A stretch of DNA of 64,000 bases from Octopus sinensis. Lineage: Eukaryota. The DNA is taken from assembly GCF_006345805.1 (NCBI RefSeq), contig NW_021832580.1:1-64000 (forward strand), given 5' to 3'. A program made the position numbers and the translations under genes. The notes beneath the pieces were generated by a model. It searched no databases and was not told where the DNA came from. It worked only from the letters and a program-made list of their open reading frames with translations. This document shows, in pieces, positions 63,975 to 64,000 of the stretch (position 1 is the stretch's first letter; each line of letters begins with the position of its first letter).

Positions 63975-64000
63975 GGCACGTCTGTGTTTGTGGGTGTAGA

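Overview
AT-rich animal genomic DNA with heavy (TA)n/(CA)n/(GATA)n microsatellite load and several high-copy tRNA-derived SINE families. The repeat landscape looks like a coleoid cephalopod (Octopus-like); this is inference. Only one host coding exon is well supported: 35824-36993 (+), an N-terminal SAMD1/atherin-type CpG-binding winged helix followed by Asn-rich low-complexity sequence, a possible second winged helix and a KRGRP motif. It ends at an AAG|GTAAAA donor, so the rest of the window is probably its intron. Almost all other ORF-track entries are microsatellite or SINE read-through. The remainder is a nested graveyard of mobile elements: SINEs (labelled here A-E), CR1/L2-, Tx1/L1- and R4/Dong-like LINE ends, Penelope-like elements (PLE), Helitrons, mariner, and hAT/piggyBac-type MITEs. 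The most striking signal is a set of minimal type-I hammerhead-ribozyme motifs from at least five unrelated repeat families. These include a near-intact motif at 28903-28966, a family with a non-canonical CUGU(A/U)GA core, and back-to-back hammerhead palindromes, one of them inserted in a PLE ORF. Other notable patterns are GT...AG-bounded 184-bp SINE tandem arrays, a SINE 3' hairpin module with compensatory stems, and many long inverted repeats. All alignments and folds were done by eye; coordinates of decayed repeats are approximate.
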